Assembly: GCA_963816925.1 (NCBI GenBank)
Contig: CAWFMY010000020.1
Coordinates: 8,756 to 72,755, forward strand
Origin: an uncultured beta proteobacterium
GTDB taxonomy: Bacteria > Pseudomonadota > Gammaproteobacteria > Burkholderiales > Casimicrobiaceae
DNA length: 64,000 nucleotides
Reading direction: 5' to 3'
Part shown: piece by piece, positions 1 to 11,606 of the stretch
Position numbering within the stretch: position 1 is the first letter of the stretch
Layout: each line of letters starts with the position of its first letter
Program-made: the position numbers and the translations under genes
Notes under the pieces: model-generated
What the model was told of the DNA's origin: nothing
What the model saw: only the letters and a program-made list of their open reading frames with translations
The model's database searches: none

Positions 1-1
1 G

Positions 2-1876
2 CTCTATGTGCCGGTGTCGAACCTGCACCTCATCGGGCGCTACAGCGGCGCCTCGCCCGAAGCGGCGCCGCTGCACGAGCTCGGCAGCGGCCAGTGGGAC
101 AAGGCAAAAAAGCGCGCCGCGCGGCAGGCGCACGACACCGCGGCCGAATTGCTGAACCTGTACGCACAGCGCGCGGCGCGCAAGGGGCACGCCTTCACGT
201 TCACGCCGCACGACTACGAGGCCTTCGCCGACGGCTTTCCGTTCGAGGAGACCGCGGACCAGCAGGCGGCGATCGACGCCGTGATCGCGGACCTCACCGC
301 GGGCCGGCCGATGGACCGGCTCGTCTGCGGCGATGTCGGTTTCGGCAAGACGGAGGTCGCGCTGCGCGCCGCCTTCGTGGCGCTCGCCGACGGCAAGCAG
401 GTCGCGGTGCTGGTGCCGACGACGCTGCTGGCCGAGCAGCATTTCAAGGTGTTCACCGACCGCTTCTCCGACCTGCCGGTGAAGCTGACGGAGCTCTCGC
501 GCTTCCGCTCGCCGAAGGAAGTCAAGGCTGCGCTCGAAGGGCTCGCCGCAGGCACGCTCGATCTCGTCATCGGCACGCACAAGCTGCTCCAGTCCGACGT
601 GAAGTTCAAGAGCCTCGGCCTCGTCATCATCGACGAGGAGCATCGCTTCGGTGTGCGGCAGAAGGAGCAGCTCAAGAAACTGCGCGCCGAGGTCGACGTG
701 CTGACGCTGACCGCAACGCCGATCCCGCGCACGCTCGCGATGTCGCTCGAGGGCATCCGCGATTTCTCGGTGATCGCCACCGCGCCGCAGCGGCGCCTCG
801 CGATCAAGACGTTCGTGGCGACGTACTCGCGCGGCATCATCCGCGAAGCGGCGCTGCGCGAAATGAAGCGCGGCGGGCAGGTCTACTTCCTGCACAACGA
901 CATCGACACGATCGCCACGACCGCGCAACGGCTGACGGAGCTCCTGCCCGAGGCGCGGATCGCCGTCGCCCATGGACAGATGGGCGAGCGCGACCTCGAG
1001 CACGTGATGCGCGAGTTCTACGCGCAGCGCATCAACCTGCTGGTCTGCTCGACGATCATCGAAACCGGCATCGACGTGCCCACGGCCAACACGATCATCA
1101 TCGAGCGCGCCGATCGCCTCGGCCTCGCGCAACTCCACCAGCTGCGCGGCCGCGTCGGCCGTTCGCACCACCAGGCGTATGCCTACCTGCTGACGCCGCC
1201 GGAGGAATCGCTCTCCGGGCAGGCCAGGAAACGCCTCGAGGCGATCCAGATGATGGAAGACCTCGGCTCCGGCTTCTATCTCGCGATGCACGACCTCGAG
1301 ATTCGCGGCGCCGGCGAAGTGCTCGGCGAATCCCAATCGGGCGAGATGCAGGAGATCGGCTTCCAGCTCTATGCCGACATGCTGAAGGCGGCGGTGTCGG
1401 CGTTGAAGGCCGGCCGCGAGCCCGACCTCGCCGCGCCGCTCGGCGTCACGACCGAGATCAACCTCCACGTGCCGGCGCTGTTGCCGGAATCCTACTGCAA
1501 CGACGTGCACGAGCGGCTCGTCCTCTACAAGCGCCTCGCGAACTGCGAGTCGGAAGAGGAACTCACGACCATGCAGGAAGAACTCGTCGACCGCTTCGGG
1601 CGACCGCCCGAACCCGCGCAGGCGCTGCTCGCGTGCCATCGGCTGCGCCTCGAAGCAAAGCCGATGGGCGTCGCCAAGATCGACTCGGGACCCGAGCGCA
1701 GCACGCTCCAGTTCGTGAAGCAGCCGCCGTTCGATGCCGGCGCCCTCATCCTGCTCGTGCAGCGCGACGGCCGCATCCGCTTCGCCGGTCCGGACCGCGT
1801 GCGCATCGAGCGCGCGGCGCCCACGCTCGCCGACCGCGTCGCGCTCATTCGCGATTTTCTCGGCCGGTTGCGGTGA
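2..1876 (+). CDS. mfd: transcription-repair coupling factor Mfd, C-terminal ~620 aa (5' end lies outside the window)
   Basis: ORF 8..1876, with the frame open back to the window edge. SF2 helicase motifs GDVGFGKTEVALRAAF, IIDEEHRFGV and QLHQLRGRVGRS are followed by a TRCF-type C-terminal domain. Confidence 0.95.
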   Translation, partial: LYVPVSNLHLIGRYSGASPEAAPLHELGSGQWDKAKKRAARQAHDTAAELLNLYAQRAARKGHAFTFTPHDYEAFADGFPFEETADQQAAIDAVIADLTAGRPMDRLVCGDVGFGKTEVALRAAFVALADGKQVAVLVPTTLLAEQHFKVFTDRFSDLPVKLTELSRFRSPKEVKAALEGLAAGTLDLVIGTHKLLQSDVKFKSLGLVIIDEEHRFGVRQKEQLKKLRAEVDVLTLTATPIPRTLAMSLEGIRDFSVIATAPQRRLAIKTFVATYSRGIIREAALREMKRGGQVYFLHNDIDTIATTAQRLTELLPEARIAVAHGQMGERDLEHVMREFYAQRINLLVCSTIIETGIDVPTANTIIIERADRLGLAQLHQLRGRVGRSHHQAYAYLLTPPEESLSGQARKRLEAIQMMEDLGSGFYLAMHDLEIRGAGEVLGESQSGEMQEIGFQLYADMLKAAVSALKAGREPDLAAPLGVTTEINLHVPALLPESYCNDVHERLVLYKRLANCESEEELTTMQEELVDRFGRPPEPAQALLACHRLRLEAKPMGVAKIDSGPERSTLQFVKQPPFDAGALILLVQRDGRIRFAGPDRVRIERAAPTLADRVALIRDFLGRLR

Positions 1877-1883
1877 GACCGCG

Positions 1884-2805
1884 ATGCCGATGTCGCAGTT
1901 GCCCCCACAGGTTCACGTGTTCGTCCGCGACTGGCTGTCGTCCAACAACGTCGTCCTCAGGAGCCGCGACGGCCACGTCCTGATCGACACCGGATATTCG
2001 CGGCATGCGCCCATGACGCTCGCGCTGCTCGCGTCCGATCGCGGCATCCGCAACGATCCGCTCGCCTGGGTCGTCAACACGCACTGCCACTCCGACCACA
2101 TCGGCGGCAACGCTGCGCTCGCGGAGAAGTACGGATGCCCGATCGCGGTGCCCGAAGGCGAGGCACCGTTCATCGAGCGCTGGGACCAGAAGGCGCTGCT
2201 TTACGACTACTGCGACCAGCGCGCCGACCGCTTCATCGTGAGCCAGGCGCGTGCAACCCGACACGACGCATGTGTGGGGCGATCTCGAGTGGCGCGCGCT
2301 TGCGGCACCCGGACACGACATGGGCGCGCTCGTGTTCTTCAACCCCGAGCACGGGATACTGATTTCCGGCGACGCGCTCTGGGAGAACGGCTTCGGCATC
2401 GTGATGCCCCCGGAGGTCGACCCGGCCGCGCTGCCGGCGACGCGCGCAACGCTCGAAATGCTGGGCCGCCTCGCCATACGCGTCGTCATACCGGGTCACG
2501 GCGCACCCTTCGTCGACGTCGCGGCCGCGCTCGATCGCGCGATGCGCCGTGTCGATGCGTTCGAGGCCGAGCCGATGCGAATGGTGCGGCATGTACTGAA
2601 GGCGCTCCTCGCGTTTTCGCTGCTCGATCATCAGCAGCTGCTGCTGGCCGAACTGCCTTCGTACCTCGATCGCGTGGGCCTGTTTCGCGATTTCAACCGG
2701 CAGTTCTACCGGTTGCCGCCCTCGAAAATGGCCGCGATGCTGGTCGGTGAACTCGAGAAGTCCGGCGCGGTCAGACGCGACGACGGTTGGCTGCGGCCGG
2801 CGTAA
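1884..2805 (+). pseudogene. MBL-fold metallo-hydrolase, frameshifted as sequenced near 2249
   Basis: The N-terminal part with HCHSDHIGG (HxHxDH motif) is in the frame of ORF 1734..2750, starting at ATG 1884. The protein continues as QPDTTHVWGDLEWRALAAPGHD...VVIPGHG in ORF 2251..2805, a +1 shift. Confidence 0.8.
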
Positions 2806-2994
2806 GCGCCAGCCTGGTCATCCGCCGCCGCGGCTGCGCTAGAATACGCCCCGGTCCGATGTCCCCATTGTTGGAATAACTTCTCGAATCAACGTGTTTT
2901 CCACGCTAATGTCGACGACCGGTTTTGATCGCACGAATTCCGACGGCTTCCATTCCGCGCCGCTTTCCGATCGTCGTCCGGCGCGGGTCACGCG

Positions 2995-3817
2995 GTGAGC
3001 GAATTCCTCGACCATCCTGCGTTCCAGGGTGGCGTCGCCCCGTTCTTCGTGGCGCTGATCGTCGCCTTCGCCCTCGGGCGCACCCGATTCGTCTGGCTCG
3101 CGATCATGCCGGCCTACGCGACCATGGTGGCGCTCGACACGGGCTTCACGCTGTTCCCGCCGACCGTGGCACGCAAGACCTGGCTGATCGGGCTTCTCGC
3201 ACCGCTTGCAGGCGTCGCTGCCGACCGGTACCGGCGATCGTCGCGGCGTGTCGCGCCCGCGCTCGTCGCCGCCGCCAGCCTGCTCTCGCTCTGGGTATTT
3301 CGGTCCGTGCTGCAGAATCACCCGATCGCCGACGCCGTCGTCGCCGGCGCCGGCATTGCGGCGTTCGTCGCGGCGATGGTCGCGTCCGTCCTGCGACTGC
3401 GCAACGACGGCCTGGCGTGCGGAGCCGCCGGCTTTGGCCTCGGCATCGCCGCCGGCGTGGCAGGCATTTTGTCGGCGTCGATCGGCGCGCTCGTCGCGGG
3501 CGTTGCGATCGGGACGGCCTGTGCCGCGATGTTGCTGGTCCAGATCGCCTTGTCGCGGGCGCTCGCGCCCGGCTTCACCGGCGCGTTGCCGATAGGCCTG
3601 TTGATCGCCCTGATTGCCGCGGGAACGCAGCAACTCGCGCTGCTTCCCTGGTACGCGCTGCCGCTGCTGCTGCTCGTCCCGCTGGCGGTTTCGCTGCCGA
3701 CACCGAAACCGGGTTCGCTGTTCCCGCGTGCCGCCGTGCTATCCGCCTACGCGCTTGCTCGCCGCCGCGCTGCCCATCGCGGCCGCGTGGAATGCCGCGC
3801 GCACTTCCTTGCCCTGA
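2995..3817 (+). pseudogene. polytopic membrane protein of unknown function, probable frameshift near 3754
   Basis: The first ~250 codons of ORF 2995..4857 are a series of hydrophobic helices. The hydrophobic tail LLAAALPIAAAW and a stop at 3815-3817 are found in the +1 frame (ORF 3614..3817). As read, the ORF runs on into the next gene. Confidence 0.5.
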
Positions 3818-3839
3818 CCCGACCTCGCAGGAGACTCGC

Positions 3840-4429
3840 ATGTTCAAGCACCTGGCCACCCTCATCCTTGCCGCTGCTCCCCTACCCGCTCTCGCGGCGA
3901 CGGAGAGTCTATCCGCTCGACCCGCTGCACACGTCCGTTTCGTTTGCCATCGACCACCTCGGACTCTCGGTGATTCACGGCAGGTTCAGCAAATACTCCG
4001 GCAAGATTTCGATCGATCGCACGGCGAAGACCGGTGCGGTCGAGCTCGTTGTCGAGACCGCGTCGGTCGACACCAACGACAACGACAAGGGCAACCGGCC
4101 GCGTTCGCGCGACGAGCACCTGCGCTCGGCCGATTTCTTCAACGTCGCGGAGTTTCCGCGGATGACCTACAAGTCGACCAACGTCGTCTTTGCCGGCGAC
4201 ACCCCGACGGTCGTCGCAGGGCGACCTGACGCTGCTCGGCGTGACGAAGCCGGTGGCGATCACCGTGGAGCGCTTCAAGTGCAACCCCGCGACGGCGACC
4301 GCGAAGGAGCGTTGCGGCGGCAGCGCGAACGCAAGAATCAAGCGCTCCGACTTCGGCATGAAACGCGGAATTCCGTCCATCGGCGACGACGTCCTGCTGT
4401 CGTTCGGGTTCGAGGGCGACAAAGAATGA
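3840..4429 (+). pseudogene. YceI-family periplasmic polyisoprenoid-binding protein, two frameshifts (~3905 and ~4217)
   Basis: The signal peptide MFKHLATLILAAAPLPALAA starts at ATG 3840. The body VYPLDPLHTSVSFAIDHLGLSVIHGRF...MTYKSTNVVF is in the frame of ORF 2995. The C-terminus QGDLTLLGVTKPVAITVERFKC...GFEGDKE is in ORF 4190..4429. Confidence 0.8.
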
Positions 4430-4446
4430 CGTCCACCTCAGCAGAC

Positions 4447-4472
4447 AAAACCGGGCCGCGACCCGGTTTTTT
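4447..4472. terminator. bidirectional intrinsic terminator between the convergent yceI-like and marC-like genes
   Basis: Sequence aaaaACCGGGccgcgaCCCGGTttttt: a 6-bp GC stem flanked by an A-run and a T-run. Confidence 0.5.
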
Positions 4473-4489
4473 GTTGCCCTTCGCGAGCG

Positions 4490-5092
4490 CTATTTCGCGA
4501 GTTCGCCGACGAACGAGCGCACGCCCGACAGCAGCATCTCGACCGCGAGCGCCGTCAGCACGAGGCCCATCAGCCGCTCGAACGCGACCATCGCGCGTTC
4601 GCCAAGCCAGCGTTGCAGCCGGTCGGCGAGCGCCAGCACGAGGGTCGTCGCAGCCATCGCCAGCGTCAGCGCGAGGATCCAGCTGCCGATCTTCGCCGGA
4701 TCGCGCGAGGCCATCAGCATCACCGTGGCGAGCGCGGACGGACCGGCGATCGACGGGATGGCGAGCGGCACGAGGAACGGCTCGACGCCCGGCGGGTCGC
4801 CGAAGATGCCTTCGGGGCGCGGGAACACCATCCGGATCGCGATCAGGAACAGGATGATCCCGCCCGCGATCGTCAGCGACTCCTCGGACAGGTGGAGCCA
4901 CTGCAGAAAGGTCCGCCCCCCCAGCATGAACGCGACGAGGATGCCGTAGGCCGCCAGGCATTCGCGCAGCACGACCCGAAGCCTTCGCTCGGGCGCGACA
5001 TTCTTCAGCGCCGCGACGACGACCGGCACGTTGCCGAACGGGTCGATGACCAGCACCAGCAGGATCGTCGCGGAAAAGAGCTCGGCGTTCAT
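4490..5092 (-). CDS. MarC-family (UPF0056) integral membrane protein
   Basis: ORF 4490..5233. The likely start is the internal ATG at 5092 (MNAELFSATILLVLVIDPFGNVPV...). It has about six hydrophobic helices typical of the family. Confidence 0.85.
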   Translation of the reverse strand: MNAELFSATILLVLVIDPFGNVPVVVAALKNVAPERRLRVVLRECLAAYGILVAFMLGGRTFLQWLHLSEESLTIAGGIILFLIAIRMVFPRPEGIFGDPPGVEPFLVPLAIPSIAGPSALATVMLMASRDPAKIGSWILALTLAMAATTLVLALADRLQRWLGERAMVAFERLMGLVLTALAVEMLLSGVRSFVGELAK

Positions 5093-5247
5093 CGGCGCGG
5101 GGCGCGGTTCGTCGGACGGGCGCGCAGTATATCGCGCCCCTACCGGCGGAGCCCCGATATGGGGATAATCGCGGGTTTTGTGCTGGTCCGGCGGCACTCC
5201 CTTCGGAGCCCCACCGCCAGCAGTCGAATCCACAAGGAGCCTTGCGC

Positions 5248-7282
5248 ATGAAGCCGTCCTTATTCCTCGCCTGTTGCGCCAGTGTGGCTGCGGCGCCGCT
5301 GTTGGCCGCGGATCCTCCGCCCGCGGCGCTGCAATCCGGCATCGAGACCCAGTATTTCGACGCGAAGGTCCGCCCGGGCGACGATTTCTACAACTTCGTC
5401 AACGGCAAATGGCTCGCCACGACGACCATTCCCGAGGACAAGGCGAGCTGGGGTCCGGTCGGGATCCTCCGCCAGGAATCGCAGGAACGTCAGCGCAAGC
5501 TGATCGAGGACGCCGCAGCCACCACGACGGGCAGCGCCGAGGCGCGCAAGGTCGGCGATCTCTACAAGAGCTTCATGGACGAAGCACGACTCGAAACGCT
5601 CGGGCTGAAGCCGCTCGCGGCGCAATTCGCGGCGATCGACGCCGTCAAGGACAAGGCCGAGCTGCCGGCGTTGATCGCCCGCCTGCAGCAGATCGGCGTG
5701 ACCACGCCGTTCGACATCGACATCGACCAGGACAAGCGCAACTCCGCCGCCTATGTCGTCTATCTCTCCCAGTCCGGCCTCGGCCTCCCGGATCGCGATT
5801 ACTACATCGACGACAGCGACGCGCGGCTCGTCGGGATCCGGAAGAAATATGGCGAGCACATCGAGAAGATGCTGACGCTCGCGGGCAGCAAGAACGCGAA
5901 GCAGGAAGCCGCCGACATCCTCGCGCTCGAAACCGCCATTGCGCGCGTGCATTGGACCAAGGTGGAGTCGCGCGACCCGGTGAAGACGTACGAGAAAGTC
6001 ACCCTCAAGGACCTGCCGGGTGTGGCGCCGGGATTCGATTGGAAGGCCTACCTCGACACGAATGGCGTATCGGGCAAGGTCTCCGATCTCGTCCTCTACC
6101 AGGCGAGCTATCTCAAGGACTTCAGCGCGCTGTTCGCGAAGACACCGCTATCCACGTGGAAGGCCTACTTCAGGTGGGCGGTGCTGCGCGACTACGCGCG
6201 CTTCCTCGACAAGCAATACGTCGACGAGCGATTCGCGTTCTACGGCACGACGCTTTCCGGCGTCCCGCAAAACCGGCCCCGCTGGCAGCGCGGCGTCGGG
6301 CTGGTCGACGAATCGATCGGCGAAGCGCTCGGCAAGGTCTATGTGGACAAGTACTTTCCGCCATCGAGCAAGGCGCGAATGGAGAAGCTCGTCGCCAACC
6401 TGCTCGCCACTTACAAGCAGAGCATCGACGGCCTCGACTGGATGGGTGCGCAGACGAAGAAGGAAGCGCAGGCCAAGCTCGCGAAGATCACGCCGAAGAT
6501 CGGCTATCCGGCGAAATGGCGCGACTACTCGACGCTCGTCATCGCGCCGGACGACCTCGTCGGCAACGTGATGCGGGCTCGCCAATTCGAATTCAACCGC
6601 ATCGTTGCGAAGCTGGGCAAGCCGATCGACCGCGACGAGTGGTTCATGACGCCGCAAACGGTGAACGCCTACTACAACCCGCTGATGAACGAAATCGTGT
6701 TCCCGGCGGCCTACCTCGAGCCGCCGTATTTCAACCCGGCTGCGGACGACGCCGCCAACTACGGCGGGGCCGGGGCGACGATCGGCCACGAGATCAGCCA
6801 CGGCTTCGACGATTCAGGCAGCCAGTTCGACGGCGACGGCAACCTGCGCGACTGGTGGACGCCCGAAGACCACAAGCGCTTCGACGAAAAGACGAAGGCG
6901 CTGGTCGCCCAGTTCGACGCGTACAGCCCGGTGCCCGGCTACACCGTCAACGGCAAGCTGACGCTCGGCGAGAACATCGCCGACCTGTCGGGTCTCGCGA
7001 TCGCGTACAAGGCCTACCGGCTGTCACTCGGCGGCAAGGAAGCCCCGGTCATCGACGGCATGACCGGCGACGAGCGGTTCTTCCTGAGCTTCGCGCAAGG
7101 CATCGCGCGACAAGACGCGGGACGAGCAGACGATCGTCTATCTCAAGTCCGACCCGCATTCGCCCGATCATTTCCGCACGATCGGACCGCTGTCGAACCT
7201 CGACGCGTTCTACAAGACGTACAAGCTCAAGGACGGCGACAAGATGTTCCGCCTGCCGAAGGATCGTGTCTCGATCTGGTAG
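5248..7282 (+). pseudogene. pepO: M13-family zinc metallopeptidase (PepO / endothelin-converting-enzyme-like), frameshift near 7106
   Basis: ATG 5248 is preceded by AAGGAG and followed by a signal peptide. The zinc motif is GATIGHEISHGFD. After ...FFLSFAQGIA the conserved C-terminus RDKTRDEQTIVYLKSDPHSPDHFRTIGPLSNLDAFYKTYKLKDGDKMFRLPKDRVSIW* is in the +1 frame, with its stop at 7280-7282. Confidence 0.9.
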
Positions 7283-7326
7283 GGCGAGCGGCGAGTCGGC
7301 GACGCGGAGGCCGAGGCGAGCCGGCG

Positions 7327-8347
7327 TCAACGATCCGGCGATCCGATAAGCGTGGTGCACGCGCCGGTCGCGAAAATCGTCCGGCAGCGTGCGCGCGCTG
7401 ATGTCCGCGCACGACGGGTCCGCGGCGAGCGCCGGGTCGAGGCGGAACGTGCGCAGGTTGGTCGAGAAGTAGAGCTCGCCGCCCGGCGCGAGCAGCCCGC
7501 GCACCGACGCCACGAGCTCCGCGTGGTCGCGCTGGATGTCGAGCACGCCCGCCATCGCCTTCGACGTCGAGAACGCCGGCGGATCGAGCACGATGAGGTC
7601 GTAGCGCCGGCGCTCTTCCTGGGCGACCGCGAGCCAGCGCATGACGTCGGCGCGGATCAGCTGGTGCCGCCGCGAATCGACGCCGTTCGCCGCGAAATTG
7701 CGCGCCGCCCAGTCGAGATAGGTGTTCGACAGGTCCACCGTCTGCGAAGCGACGGCGCCGCCGGCGGCCGCGTAGACGGTGAAGCTGCCGGTGTAGGCGA
7801 ACAGGTTGAGCATCCGCCGTCCCTGCGCCCGCTCGCGCACGATCGCGCGCAGCGCGCGGTGGTCGAGGAAGAGCCCCGTGTCGAGATAGGCTTCGAGATT
7901 GACGATGAAGCGCAATCCAGCCTCGACGACGACGAAATCGGTTCCGCGCTTGCCGGTCGGCTCGTGCTGCTCGAGGCCGCGGCGCTTGCGGCGCGCCTTG
8001 GCGACGATCGACTTTTCCGGCAGCGCGAGCGCGTGCGCGGTCGAAGCGCGCACGACGGCGAGCCAGGCGTCGTGCTCCGCGTCGCTTTGCTCCCAGCCCG
8101 TCTCGACTTCCTGCAGGTGCACGCGCATGCCGACCGCCGCATCCTCGGCGACGTAGCAGTCGATCGCGAGCGGAAACTCCGGCACGTCGCGGTCATAGAC
8201 GCGGTACGCGCCGTACCCGTGGCGGCGCGCCCAGCGGTGCCGATGCCTTGCATTCTTGCCGAGGCGGTTCGCGAATGCCGCGATGGCGTCCGGATGCGGC
8301 GCGCTCCGCGTGCCCGCGCCCGGTGGCGGAGAGGCGCGCGAGGGCAT
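7327..8347 (-). CDS. class I SAM-dependent rRNA methyltransferase (RlmK/RlmI-like); 3' end uncertain
   Basis: ATG at 8347 (MPSRAS...). SAM-binding region MLNLFAYTGSFTVYAAAGGA and DLIVLDPPAF. The family-typical end is ...DFRDRRVHHAYRI. As read, the frame continues to 7049 and overlaps the convergent pepO by ~230 bp. A stop at 7327-7329 is reached if one base is removed just after YRI. Confidence 0.75.
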
Positions 8348-8355
8348 CGCCGGCG

Positions 8356-9690
8356 TCAATGCAGCTTGACGCGCGGCTCGAGCCGGTGGCGCACGAGGCG
8401 GCTCACCGAGTCGATGGCGACGCGCAGCCAGCCGAGGATCGACACCTGGTGCATCTTGTACAGCGACGCATACATCCAGCGCGCGATCAGCCCCTGCACC
8501 AACATGTTGCCGCCGATCAGCCGGCCCATCAGGTTGCCGACCGCGGAAAGATGGCCGAGCGAAACCAGCGAGCCGAAGTCGCGGAAATGGAATTCCGGCA
8601 ACGGCTTGCCGGCAAGCCGCGCCTTCATCGTCTTCGCGAGCAGCGACGCCTGTTGATGCGCGACCTGCGCGCGCGGCGGCAGGATCGCGCCTTCGCGGTC
8701 CGACTCGGGCCACGGGCAGGCGGCGCAATCGCCCATTGCGAAGATGTCGGGGTCGCGCGTCGTCTGCAGGGTCTTGCCGACGACGAGCTGATGCGCGCGA
8801 TTCACCTCGAGGCCGTCGAGCCGCGCGAGCACCTGCGGCGCCTGGATGCCGGCGGCCCAGACGACGAGGTCCGCGTGCAGCACCTCGCCGGTCGCCGTGC
8901 GAACGCCGTTCTCGTCGACCTCCGTGACGCGCTCGCCGGTGCGCACGGTCACCGAGAGCCTGCCGAGGAGCGCCGTGGCGGCTTCCGCGATCTTCTCCGG
9001 CAACGGCGGCAGGATCCGCGGCGCGGCTTCGAGGATCGTGAGCCGGATGTCGCGCTCGGGCTTGAGATAATCGAGCCCGTAACTCGCGAACGCGCGCGTG
9101 CAGTTGCGGACTTCGGCGGCGAGCTCCACGCCGGTCGCCCCCGCGCCGATGATCACGATGTCGACGGCCGCCGACTCGCCGCGCGAGGCGCGCCCCTCCG
9201 CGCGCACGCACGCCGCCACCAGGCGCCGATGGAAGCGCTCGGCATCGATAGCGGTGTCGAGCGAGATCGCGTGATCTGCGACGCCCGTGATGCCGAAATC
9301 GTTGCCGATGCTGCCGATGCAGAAGATCAGCGTGTCGTACGGAAGGACGCCCGCCGGCAGCATTTCCTTGCCGTCGTCGTCGATGACCGCGGCGAGCTGC
9401 AGTTCGTGGCGCGCGCGGTCGAGCCCCGTGACGGCGCCGTACCGGAACCGGAAGTGATGCCAGTACGCGATGAGAAAGTAGTCGACGCTGTGCAAGTCGG
9501 CGTCCATGCGTCCCGCGGCGACTTCGTGCAGCAGCGGCTTCCACAGATGGGTCGCGAAGCGGTCGACGAGCGTGACGGTGGCGCGCCCGCTGCGGCCGAG
9601 CGTGTCGCCGAGCTTGGTGGCGAGCGGCAGTCCTGCGGCGCCACCGCCGACGATGACGATGCGATGGGGAGCGGTAGCCGTCTTGTCCAT
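8356..9690 (-). CDS. ndh: type II NADH dehydrogenase (NDH-2)
   Basis: ORF of 444 aa with two dinucleotide-binding motifs, IVIVGGGAAGL and IVIIGAGATGVELAAE. Confidence 0.93.
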   Translation of the reverse strand: MDKTATAPHRIVIVGGGAAGLPLATKLGDTLGRSGRATVTLVDRFATHLWKPLLHEVAAGRMDADLHSVDYFLIAYWHHFRFRYGAVTGLDRARHELQLAAVIDDDGKEMLPAGVLPYDTLIFCIGSIGNDFGITGVADHAISLDTAIDAERFHRRLVAACVRAEGRASRGESAAVDIVIIGAGATGVELAAEVRNCTRAFASYGLDYLKPERDIRLTILEAAPRILPPLPEKIAEAATALLGRLSVTVRTGERVTEVDENGVRTATGEVLHADLVVWAAGIQAPQVLARLDGLEVNRAHQLVVGKTLQTTRDPDIFAMGDCAACPWPESDREGAILPPRAQVAHQQASLLAKTMKARLAGKPLPEFHFRDFGSLVSLGHLSAVGNLMGRLIGGNMLVQGLIARWMYASLYKMHQVSILGWLRVAIDSVSRLVRHRLEPRVKLH

Positions 9691-9716
9691 GTCGATTCCC
9701 GGGATCGCCCGTGGTG

Positions 9717-11508
9717 TCAGTCGCCCATCGCGGTGCCTTCGCGGCGCGGGTCGGCGCCGCCGATCCAGCCATCCTTCGTGCGGACGATCGCCTGCAGGCC
9801 GCTCGCGTGCCTCGTGACAATGGTCTCATGGCCGATCGCGCGCAGGCGCGGCGCCAGCGAAACGACGGGCTTGCCCGCTTCGAGCTCCGTCGGCCCGTTG
9901 CGGCTGCCGAAATCGGGAAGCGCGACCGCCGCCTGCGGATCGAGCCCCCAGTCGAGCACGGCGATGAGCGTCCTGGCGACATCGTTGATGATCGCGGGGC
10001 CGCCCGCGGAGCCCACGATCATGAACACGCGACCGCTGCGGTCGTAGACGATCGTCGGCGCCATCGCCGATCGCGGCCGCTTGCCGGGCTCGACGCGATT
10101 GGCGACCGGCGCGCCGTTCTCGAACGGCACGAACGAAAAATCCGTCAGCTGGTTGTTGAGCAGGAAACCGCCCGCGGTCATCAGGCGGCTGCCGAACGCG
10201 TCCTCGATCGTCGTGGTCATCGCAACGGCGTTCCCGGCGGAATCGACGATCGAGATGTGCGACGTCGACGGCAGTTCGAGCGCCGCGCCCGTTCGCCCGC
10301 GCCGCCTTGCGCGCTTCCGCCGGCATGGGCGGGTCGCCGGCCGCGGCGACGCCGAGGCTGCGGTCGGTCCGGATGAGCCGCGAGCGCTCGCGCAGGTAAT
10401 CGCGGTCGAGCAGACCGGCGGGCGCGTCGAAAAAATCCGGGTCCGCCATGTAGACGTTGCGGTCGGCGAATGCGAGGCGCCCCGCTTCGCTGAAGAAATG
10501 GACGCTCCAGAACGATGCCGGCCCCATCGAGGCGAGGTCATAGGGCTCGAGCATGCCGAGAATCTGCAGCACCGTCGTGCCGCCGGAAGACGGCAGCGGC
10601 ACGCCGCAGACCTTGTAGGCGCGATACGCGCCGCAAACCGGCGCGCGGACCCTGACCCGGTAATTCGCCAGATCCGCCAGCGTGAGGTCGCCGGGGTTCG
10701 GCGCGAACGAATCGGCGGTGTCGACGACATCGCGCGCGATCTCGCCGCGGTAAAAAGCATCCGCGCCACCCTTGGCGATCGCGCGCAGCGTTTGCGCGAA
10801 CGCGGGATTGCGCAGGATAGTGCCCGCCGCGCGAGGCCGTCCGTCGGCATCGAGAAAATACGCGCGAGCGCGCGACTGCACGAAATGCCTCTCGGCGGCG
10901 AGCAGCGCCGCGAGCCGCGGCGAAATCGCGAATCCCGCTTCCGCGAGCTCGATCGCCGGCGCGCATAGCGCGGCCCAGGGCAATCGGCCATGACGTCGAT
11001 GCGCTTCGCCCAGCAGCGCGACCACGCCGGGAACGCCGACGGAGCGGCCGCCGACGACCGCTTCGACGAACCCTTTCGGCTTGCCGTCGGCGTCGAGAAA
11101 GCGATCGGGACGCGCGGCCGCCGGCGCGGTTTCGCGGCCGTCGTAGGCGACAAGGCCGCCGCGCTTGCCGTCATGGAACAGCATGAACGCGCCGCCGCCG
11201 ATGCCGCTCGACTGCGGCTCGACGAGGTTCAGCACGAGCTGCACGGCAACGGCCGCGTCGACGGCATTGCCGCCCTGTCTCAGAATTCGATATCCGGCCT
11301 CGACGGCAATCGGATTCGCGGCCGCGACCATGAAATGCCGGCTCGTGACGGGCGATTTGTCGGTCCAGCCCGAGGTGGGTTCCGGCGGCGGGCGTTGCGC
11401 CTCGACGTGCCCGATTCCAAGCACGAGCACGAGCGCCGGCAGCATGCTCCGAAGACCGCGGCGAATCGAACCGTGCACGACGTCGCTCTCCCCCCACGAA
11501 CGCAACAT
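9717..11508 (-). pseudogene. ggt: gamma-glutamyltransferase, frameshift near 10285
   Basis: The large subunit (signal peptide, then MVAAANPIAVEAGYRILRQGGNAVDAAVA...) is in the frame of ORF 9826..13905. The small subunit starting at the autoprocessing site ...LELPSTSHISIVDSAGNAVAMTTTIE... is in ORF 9717..11174. Confidence 0.9.
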
Positions 11509-11606
11509 TGTAGATGAGGTCGCGCGCGGATGCGGTCGCGGCGAATGCACGAAGAAAAGGGCAGCGGGTTCGCCGCTGCCCTCGTCACCCATTCTTTGCC
11601 GCGCGG

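Noticed and set aside
2995-4857. 620-aa ORF apparently fusing a membrane protein, YceI and a long Arg/Pro tail
   Set aside because: It is a composite of two genes and antisense sequence of the marC-like gene. The YceI signal peptide and C-terminus lie in the other two frames.
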